Below are positions 41,418-50,819 of a stretch of DNA of 64,000 nucleotides, piece after piece (position 1 is the first letter of the stretch; each line of letters begins with the position of its first letter). A program made the position numbers and the translations under genes. Location of the stretch: contig JAXDPB010000007.1 of NCBI GenBank assembly GCA_034668585.1, positions 19,051 to 83,050 of the forward strand, written 5' to 3'. The notes under the pieces are model-generated. The model saw only the letters and a program-made list of their open reading frames with translations, ran no database searches and was not told the DNA's origin. Source of the DNA: Sphingomonadales bacterium (GTDB lineage Bacteria > Pseudomonadota > Alphaproteobacteria > Sphingomonadales > Sphingomonadaceae).

Positions 41418-41778
41418 AAGTGGCGAGGCCGGCGATACTTACGGATCAGCTACCGGCCCTTAAGTTCCATATACAGGCCTGTCGCACGGGTCCACGCTGA
41501 CCACTCATCACGATGAGGTACGGCATGGCTCCCTATTATTTAGATGTCGATGGGGGCGCACGGTACAACTACGGTACGTTCCGCGACGAAACGGGCAGCC
41601 TCTTACTCCTCGATTCCGGCGCGTGCCAGCACGTCCCGCATGTCATTTCCGAAGACGAGGCGGACTTGCTCGCGCGCAACCGTGAGATCGCGCGACTCCC
41701 ATTTTCGTGGGTAACCTGACCGTGGCGGCAGCGTCGGAGCTTGAGCGTGAAAGCACGACCGCCCGCCGGGCCGACGGA

Positions 41779-42423
41779 ATGAGACGCCTCGTTCACATCG
41801 TCGACGACGACAGCGAGGTACGCGCGGCTACCAGCTTCATGCTGCGTCAGCAGGGATATGAAACCCAGATTTATGCGGGCGGTCCCGAATTCCTGAATCA
41901 AAGGAGATTGGATCGGGGCTGCGTTCTTCTGGACCTTCACATGCCCGAAATGGACGGCTTCGAGGTCCTCGGCAGGCTCGCGAGGCGTGACGTCGATTTG
42001 CCGGTCATCATCCTCACCGGCCACGGCGACATACCGCTGGCCGTCAGGGCGATGAAGCGAGGCGCTGTCGATTTCCTGGAACAGCCCTACGACGCCCACC
42101 GGCTCACCGGGGCGATCGAACGCGCTTTCGCCTTGGCCGACGAGAGCCAGGAGACGCGCCAGGCCAGAAGGGAGGCCGTCGCCAAGCTTAAGACCCTGAC
42201 CCCCCGGGAATCCCAGGTATTGCAGGGCCTGCGCGCGGGCATGCCGAACAAGGTGATTGCCCGTTGGCTCGCCCTCAGTCCGCGCACGGTGGAAGCCTAT
42301 CGCGCGAATATGATGGTGAGGATCGGGGTGACCGGAATGTCAAATGCGCTGCGCATCGCGAACGATGGAGGGTTGCCCGCGATCGAGGCAGGAACAGTCC
42401 AAGCAGGCCGGAATCTCAGGTAA
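41779..42423 (+). CDS. FixJ-like response regulator (REC + LuxR HTH)
   Basis: HIVDDD, LLDLHMP, LTGHGD, DFLEQPY, LTPRESQVL, LSPRTVEAYRANMM. Confidence 0.9.
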   Translation: MRRLVHIVDDDSEVRAATSFMLRQQGYETQIYAGGPEFLNQRRLDRGCVLLDLHMPEMDGFEVLGRLARRDVDLPVIILTGHGDIPLAVRAMKRGAVDFLEQPYDAHRLTGAIERAFALADESQETRQARREAVAKLKTLTPRESQVLQGLRAGMPNKVIARWLALSPRTVEAYRANMMVRIGVTGMSNALRIANDGGLPAIEAGTVQAGRNLR

Positions 42424-42527
42424 GTATTCTTACTGCGTAGTGATGCTCTGACGCCCCTTAAGAGACAGGATTATCGAAGAATGGTTCGCAAACTCTTCGG
42501 GCCTACGGGCCGGGATCGAATTCCATT

Positions 42528-42998
42528 TTGGAGCACCTCTTCAACAGCAGCGCCTTATGCACCGTTGACGCTGACGGGTGCGTCTCGCTGCCGCCCTTTG
42601 TCCGCACCACTCTGGAGCGGCGCTCGGACAGCCCGGCCGTGGTGATCGGTCTCCATGAGGCGGATCCCTGCCTCCGCGCCTATGACCGCGGCTACGTCCG
42701 GATTCTCCACGCCGACCACGAGCGTTGCCACCCGGCCGAAAGTAGCTCCGAGGTCCACCACGCCCGCGCCCGTCGAATCTTCGGGTTCACCGAGGAAGCG
42801 TGGTGCGACCTTGACGGCAGGATCACGCTGCCGCCGTTGATGCGCCGCAAGGGCAACATCGAGGATCTCGCGCTCTTCGTCGGGACCGGCGGCACTTTCG
42901 AGATCTGGAATCCGCAGCTCGCGCTCGAAGCCGGCGACGCCGCCCTGCGGGAGCTCGCCGCCTGGCGACTCGAAGAATTTCTGCCGCCGGCCAATTGA
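42528..42998 (+). CDS. mraZ: MraZ-like transcriptional regulator (orphan, TTG start)
   Basis: Two SpoVT/AbrB-like repeats: VDADGCVSLPPFVR and DLDGRITLPPLMRR...FVGTGGTFEIWNP; no rsmH downstream. Confidence 0.8.
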   Translation: MEHLFNSSALCTVDADGCVSLPPFVRTTLERRSDSPAVVIGLHEADPCLRAYDRGYVRILHADHERCHPAESSSEVHHARARRIFGFTEEAWCDLDGRITLPPLMRRKGNIEDLALFVGTGGTFEIWNPQLALEAGDAALRELAAWRLEEFLPPAN

Positions 42999-43007
42999 GG
43001 AACCGCA

Positions 43008-43439
43008 ATGTCATTTCTCTGCTTCGCCGGCAAACACGCTGCCCGTACCGGCGAGATCTGGAACCAGGGCCTCTTTTTCAGCAGCTGCCGGCGCTGCGGC
43101 TGCGACATGGTCCGAGCGGACAAGGCCTGGGAACCGGTCCCGCACGGCTTCAGGATTGTCTGGAGGCTGGTGGAGCGGCCTGAGCAAGCTGGACGAAAGG
43201 AAGTGATCCGGAACCTCCCTATGGTGATCCCGCAAGGCCCCGTCGAACCTCCGCCCGCGGCAGCGCAAGGATCAGTGCAAGGCCATGCCGCCCGTCGACC
43301 GTTCGGCCTGGTGCACTTGGTCTTCCTGGGGGTCGAGCTTCTTGCCTTGTACGGTGGCGACGGCTTCAGGAAATGGCGCAAGAACGTGGCGGCAAGGCGC
43401 CTGCAGCGGCACGCGACCGTGCTGCTGTTGGCTCGCTAG
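43008..43439 (+). CDS. Hypothetical protein with N-terminal Cys/His motif (143 aa)
   Basis: LCFAGKH...W...FFSSCRRCG.DM.R...W..P.GFRIVW; 9 bp after mraZ. Confidence 0.6.
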   Translation: MSFLCFAGKHAARTGEIWNQGLFFSSCRRCGCDMVRADKAWEPVPHGFRIVWRLVERPEQAGRKEVIRNLPMVIPQGPVEPPPAAAQGSVQGHAARRPFGLVHLVFLGVELLALYGGDGFRKWRKNVAARRLQRHATVLLLAR

Positions 43440-43500
43440 GATCGCCGTCACGTCGGCGGCGGCGCCTCGGCAGCCTGGCTTCCTGCCCTATCGCGGCCGA

Positions 43501-45033
43501 ATGGCGGACGCGGTACGCCGCGCGGACTGGGATTCCTCTCCGTTGGGGCCCCTGGAGACATGGCCTCCCAGCCTGAGGACCGCGCTCGGCATCGTGCTCG
43601 GCGCCGCCAGCGCCAAAATTCTTCTGTGGGGACCGGATCTCATCACATTCTACAATGACGCCTGCCTCCCACTGCTCGACCGCTCCAATCATGAGATCGG
43701 GAAGAGCTATCCTCCGTGCAAGTCGGCGGTGTGGCCGACGATTCGGCCGCATGTGGAAGCTGCCATGGCCGGTCGCCAGCAGTTTAGTGGGCCGTCGGTG
43801 GGTGTCGCGCGCAAGGCCGGCGGCGATCAGATCGGCTATTTCACGATTTGCTGCACAAGCATTTGCGATGACGACGGCAATGTACTCGGCACGATCACCG
43901 ACATTCATGAGACGACAGCCCAGGTCCAGCTCCGGGAGGTCCTCGAGGCCGAGAACAGGCGCTTTCGCGAGCTGTTCGATCAGGCACCGGTCTTTCTCGT
44001 CCTCACCTCCGGGCCGGATTTTCAGCTGGAATATGCAAACAAGGCCTATGAGCGGCTGGTCGGGAGGGGGAGCCTGATCGGGAAGACGGCCGAGGAAGCC
44101 GTTCCGGAACTCGCGAAACAGGGGTTCATCGATCTCCTGCGCCAAGCCTATGAAAGCGGTCAGCCGCTGAATTTTCGCGACTCGTTGGTCGAGCTGCGGA
44201 CACAGCCAATTGGGCCGCTCGAGCCCCGCTTTCTCGATTTCGTCTATCAGCCGATCTTCAACGGCACGGAGGTGACGGGGCTGCTTGTGGTCGGCCAGGA
44301 CGTCACCGAGCAACATTTCGCGGAGGAGCGGGCACAGGCGTTGCGCGACCAGCTCCATCGCGCTTCTCGGCTGAGCGCGATGGGAACCGTGGCCAGCACC
44401 CTGGCGCACGAGCTCAACCAGCCGCTGACCGCCATCCAGAATTACGCGGTGGGAAGCCGGACCATGCTCAACGGCGGCGAAGAGGGTTCGGGGATGCTGG
44501 ACAATGCGCTGAAGGCCATTGGCGAGAACGCCCTTCGCGCCGGCGAAGTCATTCGGCGACTGCGCGACATGACCGAGCGCGGCATGGTGCGGAAGGAGGT
44601 TTTCGACCTCGAGGAGGCTATCAGGGAAGCGGCCGAACTTGCCAGGAGCGGCGACTGCGAAAGGGTAGGTTTGAGCTACGATTTCACACCCGGGGCGAGG
44701 GCTTCGGCCGACCGGATCCAGGTCCAGCAGGTCCTCCTCAACCTCATCCGCAACGCGTGCGAAGCGTGCGAGCAGGCAGAGCGTCCCGAGGTATGCATCG
44801 CGACGGCCCAACGAAATGAGTGGCTGGAGGTGAGGGTCAGGGACGTTGGCGAAGGCGTTTCGCGTGAAGCGCTGCCCACCCTGTTCGAGCCTTTCATATC
44901 CACCAAGCCCGGAGGCATGGGTCTGGGGCTTTCGATCAGTCGCACCATCGTCGAGTCTCAGGGAGGGCGCATCTGGGCCGAGAACGAGCCCGGGGGCGGC
45001 GCCGTCTTCTGCTTTACCCTTCCGAAAGCCTAG
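43501..45033 (+). CDS. PAS-domain FixL-like histidine kinase (510 aa)
   Basis: DWDSSPLGP...WP.SL, LFDQAP PAS, LAHELNQPL, LNLIRNACEA, DVGEG, GMGLGLSI. Confidence 0.9.
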   Translation: MADAVRRADWDSSPLGPLETWPPSLRTALGIVLGAASAKILLWGPDLITFYNDACLPLLDRSNHEIGKSYPPCKSAVWPTIRPHVEAAMAGRQQFSGPSVGVARKAGGDQIGYFTICCTSICDDDGNVLGTITDIHETTAQVQLREVLEAENRRFRELFDQAPVFLVLTSGPDFQLEYANKAYERLVGRGSLIGKTAEEAVPELAKQGFIDLLRQAYESGQPLNFRDSLVELRTQPIGPLEPRFLDFVYQPIFNGTEVTGLLVVGQDVTEQHFAEERAQALRDQLHRASRLSAMGTVASTLAHELNQPLTAIQNYAVGSRTMLNGGEEGSGMLDNALKAIGENALRAGEVIRRLRDMTERGMVRKEVFDLEEAIREAAELARSGDCERVGLSYDFTPGARASADRIQVQQVLLNLIRNACEACEQAERPEVCIATAQRNEWLEVRVRDVGEGVSREALPTLFEPFISTKPGGMGLGLSISRTIVESQGGRIWAENEPGGGAVFCFTLPKA

Positions 45034-45431
45034 CCGCCGGCAGCTGCGGTTTGCGCGCCGATCTTCCCGGAGGACAAGGCCCGATCGAGGATTTGCATCA
45101 GCATCTCCTCTTCGAATGGCTTCTCCAGAAAGTCGAAGACCCCGTGACTCATCGCCTTCATCCTAACGTTGATGTTGCCGCGGCCGGTCATCATTATCAC
45201 GGGCCATTCGACCTCCATCCATCGAAGCTCCGACTGCACCTCGAGGCCCGTCAGCCCGGGCATCTGGAAGTCCAGCAGGACGCAGCCGGGATCGAGCCCG
45301 AGCAGCTCCGTCAGGAACTCGCTCCCGTTGGCAAAGGCGCGGCAGGCATATCCCTCACCCTGCAGAAGAAAGACGAGCGAGCTCCTGACCTCCTCGGCGT
45401 CGTCCACGATGTAGACCGTCCGCTTCGTCAC
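45030..45431 (-). CDS. Single-domain response regulator (FixJ-type receiver)
   Basis: GTGA coupling to upstream gene stop at 45428-45431; YIVDD, LLDFQMP, MMTGRG, DFLEKPF. Confidence 0.88.
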   Translation of the reverse strand: MTKRTVYIVDDAEEVRSSLVFLLQGEGYACRAFANGSEFLTELLGLDPGCVLLDFQMPGLTGLEVQSELRWMEVEWPVIMMTGRGNINVRMKAMSHGVFDFLEKPFEEEMLMQILDRALSSGKIGAQTAAAGG

Positions 45432-47776
45432 CGCGACAGCCTGGCGCGACGGAGCCGAGCGGCCTTGCCCTGCCGCGCGAACGCCGCCGTCGACGGGCGC
45501 AGACACAGCGGCGGCGCCCCCCTTTCTGCAATGATGCCACTACCTTCGCCCCCAACCTCGATCTTCAACGAGCTCGCCAGGAGGGAGGTCGACTTAAGGC
45601 GATCCGCTCTTGCCGACATCGCGGCTACCATGGTCGGTACGTCCTTGCGTGGTACGGCGGCTCCAAAGAGAAACCCTTGGCCGTACTCGCAACCATGCTT
45701 GCGCAAATAGGCCGACTGCGCAGGTGTCTCGATCCCCTCCGCGACCACCTTGATGCCAAGGCCTTTGCCGAGATTGATGACGGTCCGCACGATCGCGTCA
45801 TTGTCCTCGTTATGATGCAGATCCCGCAGAAAGGATCTGTCGATCTTGATGATATCGACAGGGAATTTCTTGAGGTGGGACAGAGACGCGTAGCCGGTAC
45901 CGAAATCGTCGAGGCAGATCCGTACCCCCGCCGCGCTCAATGTCCGTAGCGCGTGTTCGACATAATCCGCGCCCTCCCCAAGGAACACGGTTTCGGTCAC
46001 TTCCACTTGGAAGCAGCGGGTAGGCACTTTAGCCGTGGCAAGCCGCTCAAGCAGCCGCTCCGCGAAGTCGCCGCGCTTCATCTCCGCCGCGGCGGCATTG
46101 ATCGCAACATGACCAAAGGGGACTCCGGCCCGAATCCAGCCCTGGACGTCCTTGATCGCCAGAGCAATCATGCGATCACTGATCTCCAGGGCAAGAGAGG
46201 CATCCTGGAAAGCCGCGGCCATGGTGTCTGGCGTTTGGATGCCGCGTCCAGGATGCCGCCAGCGGAGCAGGGCCTCGAAGCCCGCGAGCCGCCCCGTCTG
46301 GAGATTTATCTTCGGCTGATAGAAGGGAACGATCCGATTGCGGCGCAGAGCCTCTCTTGCAACGGAGAGCATGGAAAGCCGCCGCTGCATTTCCTTTCGC
46401 ATCGCCGGCTCAAAAATCCGAAAGGTCGCCCTGCCTCCATCCTTGGCCGCGTAAAGCGCGATGTCGGCCTGCTTCAACAGCTCGACTTTGTCCATGCCGC
46501 CCGGGCGATAGATGCTGGCCCCGATGCTGGCGAGGCATTCGAGCAATCTGCCTGTGCCGGAGCAGGGCTCGCCGAGCTTGAGAAGAATGGACTTGGTCGC
46601 GGCCTCGATCTTGTCGGCGTCACTGGCGCCGGCGACGACGACCGCGAACTCGTCACCTCCCAGTCGGACAACCAGATCCTCAGCCCGCGTTGCCAGCTTG
46701 AGACGCGCCGCGATCGTGCGCAGCAGCGCATCCCCCGTGTCATGGCCCAGCGTATCGTTGACCCGTTTGAAATTGTCGACGTCAAGGAGGAGGAGCCCAA
46801 AGCCGCTATCCGCTTTGTCCGCATGCTTCATATATTGATCGAGCCGCAGTTGGAAAAAGGCGCGGTTCGGCAGGCCCGTCAGAACATCGTGATTGGCCGC
46901 CCATAGAGCCTGCTCTTCGGACACCTTCTGGTGGGTGATGTCGCGCGAGATCACCACCAGGCTGCTCGGCTGGCTATCATCGCCGACAACGGGAGCAACG
47001 ATGATGTCCCACCAGCTCTCCATCCCCTCGGCCGTCGTCGCCATGACCGTGAATCGCGCCCGTCCACCGCCCCGCGCGATATCCAGCGCACCTTGTCCCT
47101 CCTCGGCGGCGGACGGCGTCAGCAGGTCGATCCAAGGTGTCCCAAGCAATGACGTGTCGTCCGGAATGCTCAGCACTCGCATACCGCCCTGGTTCACGAA
47201 GAGGATGTCGCCCTCGAGATTAAGCATCATGATGCAGTCTGGCGTAGAATCGAGGATGCTTCGGTTGAGCGCGTCGCTCTCCCTCACCATGCGCTGCTGC
47301 TGGACGCGGCGGTGAACGTCGGTGCAGGTACCGAACCACCGAACGATCCGGCCGGAAGCGTTTCTCTCCGGCCGGGCCCGGGTCAGCGTCCACCAATATT
47401 CGCCGCTTCGATGTCTCAGCCGGCACCCGATCTCGAATGGCTCGCCGCTGACCAGGCTATGTGTCCACGCTGCCGTGACGCGATCAACATCCTTCGGGTG
47501 GAGGAGATTTCTAACGTTGAGAATCCTGCTCGTGTCGCGGCTGATGCCAGTGAACTCGTGCCATTGCCGATTGAAATAGTCGTTTCGCCCGTCAGCTCCG
47601 GCTGACCAGACCATTTGAGGCATTGAATCCAGAATCCTGCGGAGCCGTTCCTCGGCCCGGTCTGGTCGCCCGATGGCCGGTGCCGAAAGGGACGCCTCCC
47701 GATACAGCTCGAGCGGGCCGGCAGAGGACGTGTCGGGGGCATGGACCGGCGCGCGATCCAACGGCAGATCGGTCAT
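45428..47776 (-). CDS. PAS-PAS-GGDEF-EAL c-di-GMP protein (782 aa)
   Basis: Two PAS; DVDNFKRVNDTLGH..GD, RAED-x5-GGDEF; FEALLRW, EVTE, DDFGTGYASL, KIDRSF, VAEGIET all intact. Confidence 0.93.
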   Translation of the reverse strand: MTDLPLDRAPVHAPDTSSAGPLELYREASLSAPAIGRPDRAEERLRRILDSMPQMVWSAGADGRNDYFNRQWHEFTGISRDTSRILNVRNLLHPKDVDRVTAAWTHSLVSGEPFEIGCRLRHRSGEYWWTLTRARPERNASGRIVRWFGTCTDVHRRVQQQRMVRESDALNRSILDSTPDCIMMLNLEGDILFVNQGGMRVLSIPDDTSLLGTPWIDLLTPSAAEEGQGALDIARGGGRARFTVMATTAEGMESWWDIIVAPVVGDDSQPSSLVVISRDITHQKVSEEQALWAANHDVLTGLPNRAFFQLRLDQYMKHADKADSGFGLLLLDVDNFKRVNDTLGHDTGDALLRTIAARLKLATRAEDLVVRLGGDEFAVVVAGASDADKIEAATKSILLKLGEPCSGTGRLLECLASIGASIYRPGGMDKVELLKQADIALYAAKDGGRATFRIFEPAMRKEMQRRLSMLSVAREALRRNRIVPFYQPKINLQTGRLAGFEALLRWRHPGRGIQTPDTMAAAFQDASLALEISDRMIALAIKDVQGWIRAGVPFGHVAINAAAAEMKRGDFAERLLERLATAKVPTRCFQVEVTETVFLGEGADYVEHALRTLSAAGVRICLDDFGTGYASLSHLKKFPVDIIKIDRSFLRDLHHNEDNDAIVRTVINLGKGLGIKVVAEGIETPAQSAYLRKHGCEYGQGFLFGAAVPRKDVPTMVAAMSARADRLKSTSLLASSLKIEVGGEGSGIIAERGAPPLCLRPSTAAFARQGKAARLRRARLSR

Positions 47777-47929
47777 GGAGCGCACCGCCGAGCAGAGCCG
47801 GGGGTCGCATCCTCCGCATTCGGCCGGCGCGCTTTCTCCCATCGACTGACGCAGCAAAGGCGCAAAAGCCGATCGAACACAAATCGGCTACATCCCCCGT
47901 CGGACCAGCGGACGGAATCGCGAATAGGA

Positions 47930-48400
47930 TCGAGGTATCTCAGGAACACGACGACCTCGCACCCCACACGACGGTGTGCCGCCGCTGCGGCATCACTGAA
48001 TTTGACGCCGGTGCGAGACGCCCCGTACCGCCGATCGCTGATCCAAGCACCGCACTCTCCGATGAAGACCGCCAAGCAGGCGGCGAAATACGCCCTGTCT
48101 GTCCGGTCCATCCTTTATGGAACGGGCGTGAATCGAACGTCTTGGAGCGATTGGGGAAACTACGGTGCGTCTTCTACTCGCGGCAGAACGCCGCCTGGTC
48201 TCGCCCTCGACGATTTCGGCAAGGGCCATTCCAGTCTCTGCCGCCCGCGCAAGCTGCATTTCGGCCATCTCAAGATCGACCAATCCTTCGTCAATTCGAT
48301 GGACACAATCGAGAGCGTCGAGGTCGTCGGCGCCCCGACAGGACTGGGTAAGGCGCTCGGAATGCCGGTCACTGCCGAAGGAGTGGAGACCGTAGGTAGT
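47930..48400 (+). pseudogene. Degraded EAL-domain fragment
   Basis: LALDDFGKGHSSL...LKIDQSFV...LGMPVTAEGVET in one frame, a decayed ITEFDAGARR (cf. ITGFEALARW) in another; no intact N-terminus. Boundaries approximate. Confidence 0.55.
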
Positions 48401-48519
48401 ACAAAGGCTATAATTTCTTGCCGGCATCGGCCGGCTAAAAATCTTGCAATGATCCCCTCCCGTAGGGGTCGCCAGCTATCACTTCAGCCATCCGGATAGG
48501 TGTTCCGTCCCCAGGAAAG

Positions 48520-48539
48520 TGGCTGGGCGGCAGGATTCG
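48520..48539 (-). mobile_element. tRNA-Gln-like 3'-end fragment, possible att site of an integrative element
   Basis: Minus strand CGAATCCTGCCGCCCAGCCA resembles a tRNA T-arm/acceptor/CCA end with one C missing; adjacent TAAGTCATTGATTTT (48560-48574) and a 9-bp inverted repeat ggcgtacaa/ttgtacgcc (48578-48601). No integrase in window. Confidence 0.45.
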
Positions 48540-48854
48540 CAGCCGGTTTTTTCGGTGGCTAAGTCATTGATTTTGTTGGCGTACAAAACGGCTTGTACGC
48601 CGCAGATGTACAGCGAATTGGCACAATTTTTCAAGGCCTGATCTGGCCAAGGCACCGTGGCAGCGTGGTGGTCACCGGCGGGGCTGGACGCGCGTGGGTG
48701 CATCTGAAATGGACCGAGTTTACGCTTGGCGGCGGCGGGTTTGTGCCGCACATTGACGTTGCCGGATTCCCGCGTGGATCTTTCCACAAAACTCGCTGCG
48801 TGACGCCGCCTGTACCTTGATTTGCGAGATGCAGAGGGCGGGTCGGACCGAGCG

Positions 48855-50819
48855 GTGGCGAAATTCTGCTTCTTCACGGACCCGACCAAGCTTGCGCCGC
48901 AGCAGGCAAGCGAGGCGTTCGGGGCGATGCCGCCGGCCGACGGCAACGACCGCTATCGCGTCAGTGATCTTCATAGTGCCGTAGGCACCGCGCCAGTGGT
49001 AGCAATCTGCGACGGGCTGCTTTGCGCCCAGCGGGACGAGTCTGGCACGCTCAGCCTGGTCCTCAAGCCAATCGAGCAGCCGCCCTTCGATTTCCCGGCG
49101 ATCGCCTATTTCATCTACAAGGGCGTCGACCCGGCAAGCCTGCTGGCCGGAGCGTCGGTGGACGTCGCGAAGGCGGCGGACAACGATCTTATCCGCCAGG
49201 TCGACGCCACCTGGCTCGCACCGGTCAACGGCAACAGCGGAGACCCTCCCGGGCGCTGCCTCGGCCTCCATCTCACGCCCGCGTCCAATACGGCGGATTT
49301 CCCGGATCTGGACCTCGGCCAATATGCCGACTCGGAGCCGCTCGATAACCTCTTCTATCGCGGCGACCCGGAGTTCCAGCTTCCCCTGGTCCGCAGCGGT
49401 TGGCGGTTGGGCGATTTCAGCGCGGCGGGGCCGTTCGGGCTGGAGATTATCGTGGACACTGCCGCCTATGCTCCGCGGATCAGGCTGGCGAGACGGGTAG
49501 AGAACCTGATCGAGGTGGGCTCGCTCGACGCCGGCCTCGCCTACCAGCCTTACGAGGCCGCCTATTTCATGCACTGGCATGCCAAGGAGGAAGTGCTCCA
49601 CTTCGTTGATCCCTGCGCCTTCTGGGGGTCTTTCTATCACGCGAAATTGCGAGTGGTGGCCGCGGACGGGTCCGCCGATCGCAAGAAGGGCGGGGCAATC
49701 TATGCGGACTTGCTGCGCGGCTCCCACGACGACCAGACCCCCATAGCCGGCCTGTTTTACAATCGTAATAAAGTGTATTTGGATATTCGTAACGAACACA
49801 ATCGTTCGTTCGATTACTATAAAACGAATGGCAGGCAGATTCTCGTTACTTTGGATGTCAATGAGTCGGTCGATGATTGTGCTCATGACTATCACCGGAA
49901 TGACTGGCCACTCTACACATTGGACCAGAGCGACGTCGCGGGAGGGATATCGACTGACCGTGCCAAGCTGCGCATCGCGTTCTACACCAACAACTTCAGT
50001 AAGCTGGGCATCTTCAAGCCACCGGATGACCTGGCTCGAGCCGTCTCCGCTTCCTCGCGGCGCCTCGTGGAACTCGTGATCAGCGGACAGCAGAGGAGTC
50101 AACCTGTCTCGTTGCGAATTCCGTCCCACGGCCCGACTCATCGCACGATCGCGCGCTACGTCGGGCTCACGACCCGGTTCGACGATCCGTCAATCCCATC
50201 CGGCCATTACGGAGCGACCGGCCCCTATCCCTGGAGCGTCCCGACCGGAGTGCCCCTTCCGCGGCTGGCTATCGCATTTGAGCGCGACGGATCAGCGGCA
50301 TTGAGAACCTATCCCGATCCCTGCGCCCTGAGGCTGCGAGAAGGCTCACCACAGCCGCTCCTGTGTAACATCGGCTGGATCCGCGCCGGCCTGCAGGCGG
50401 TGCTGTTCGTCGTACCCGCCGGGGCGGCAATCAGCGACATGGAGGCCCCAAGCCCTTCGTATAGCGGCGAGACACCGGGCAACGCCCCGCTGTCGCTGGC
50501 CAATCGGTTGGCCAAGCCGCGGACGATCGTTGCCAGGGATGACGGAAACGGACACACATATCTCGATTATGCCTTTCCCGCCCGCGGACGGGTGCCGGAT
50601 TCATCATGGTCAAGCGCGATGCTGTTCCTGTCCGGTCAGGATCTCGACGCCATCCGGCAATGCGAGGCTGCCGTGGCCACCCTGGTAGTAGCGCCGGGTC
50701 CGCCGGGCACGGACGCGACCGTCGCGCTCGAGATCCAGGGCCTCCAGCAGGCCGGCGAGATCGTGAAACCTTTCAGGCAGACGCTCGGCCAGGCGGTTCC
50801 CAATGCTCCTGTACACTAG
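48855..50819 (+). CDS. Uncharacterised protein (about 654 aa; alternative TTG start 48822)
   Basis: Long ORF, first of four co-directional genes; KFCFFTDP..L..Q....AFG, LVLKP.EQP...I.YFIYKG, N.VYLDIRNE motifs; no function recognised. Confidence 0.75.
   Translation: MAKFCFFTDPTKLAPQQASEAFGAMPPADGNDRYRVSDLHSAVGTAPVVAICDGLLCAQRDESGTLSLVLKPIEQPPFDFPAIAYFIYKGVDPASLLAGASVDVAKAADNDLIRQVDATWLAPVNGNSGDPPGRCLGLHLTPASNTADFPDLDLGQYADSEPLDNLFYRGDPEFQLPLVRSGWRLGDFSAAGPFGLEIIVDTAAYAPRIRLARRVENLIEVGSLDAGLAYQPYEAAYFMHWHAKEEVLHFVDPCAFWGSFYHAKLRVVAADGSADRKKGGAIYADLLRGSHDDQTPIAGLFYNRNKVYLDIRNEHNRSFDYYKTNGRQILVTLDVNESVDDCAHDYHRNDWPLYTLDQSDVAGGISTDRAKLRIAFYTNNFSKLGIFKPPDDLARAVSASSRRLVELVISGQQRSQPVSLRIPSHGPTHRTIARYVGLTTRFDDPSIPSGHYGATGPYPWSVPTGVPLPRLAIAFERDGSAALRTYPDPCALRLREGSPQPLLCNIGWIRAGLQAVLFVVPAGAAISDMEAPSPSYSGETPGNAPLSLANRLAKPRTIVARDDGNGHTYLDYAFPARGRVPDSSWSSAMLFLSGQDLDAIRQCEAAVATLVVAPGPPGTDATVALEIQGLQQAGEIVKPFRQTLGQAVPNAPVH

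Noticed and set aside
41513-41719. 68-aa ORF MRYGMAPYYLDVDGG
   Set aside because: Start loosely resembles small alphaproteobacterial proteins, but the rest has no support and no clear ribosome site.
48618-48633. Sigma54 promoter TTGGCACAATTTTTCA upstream of the giant operon
   Set aside because: The -24 GG is present but the -12 position reads CA rather than GC.
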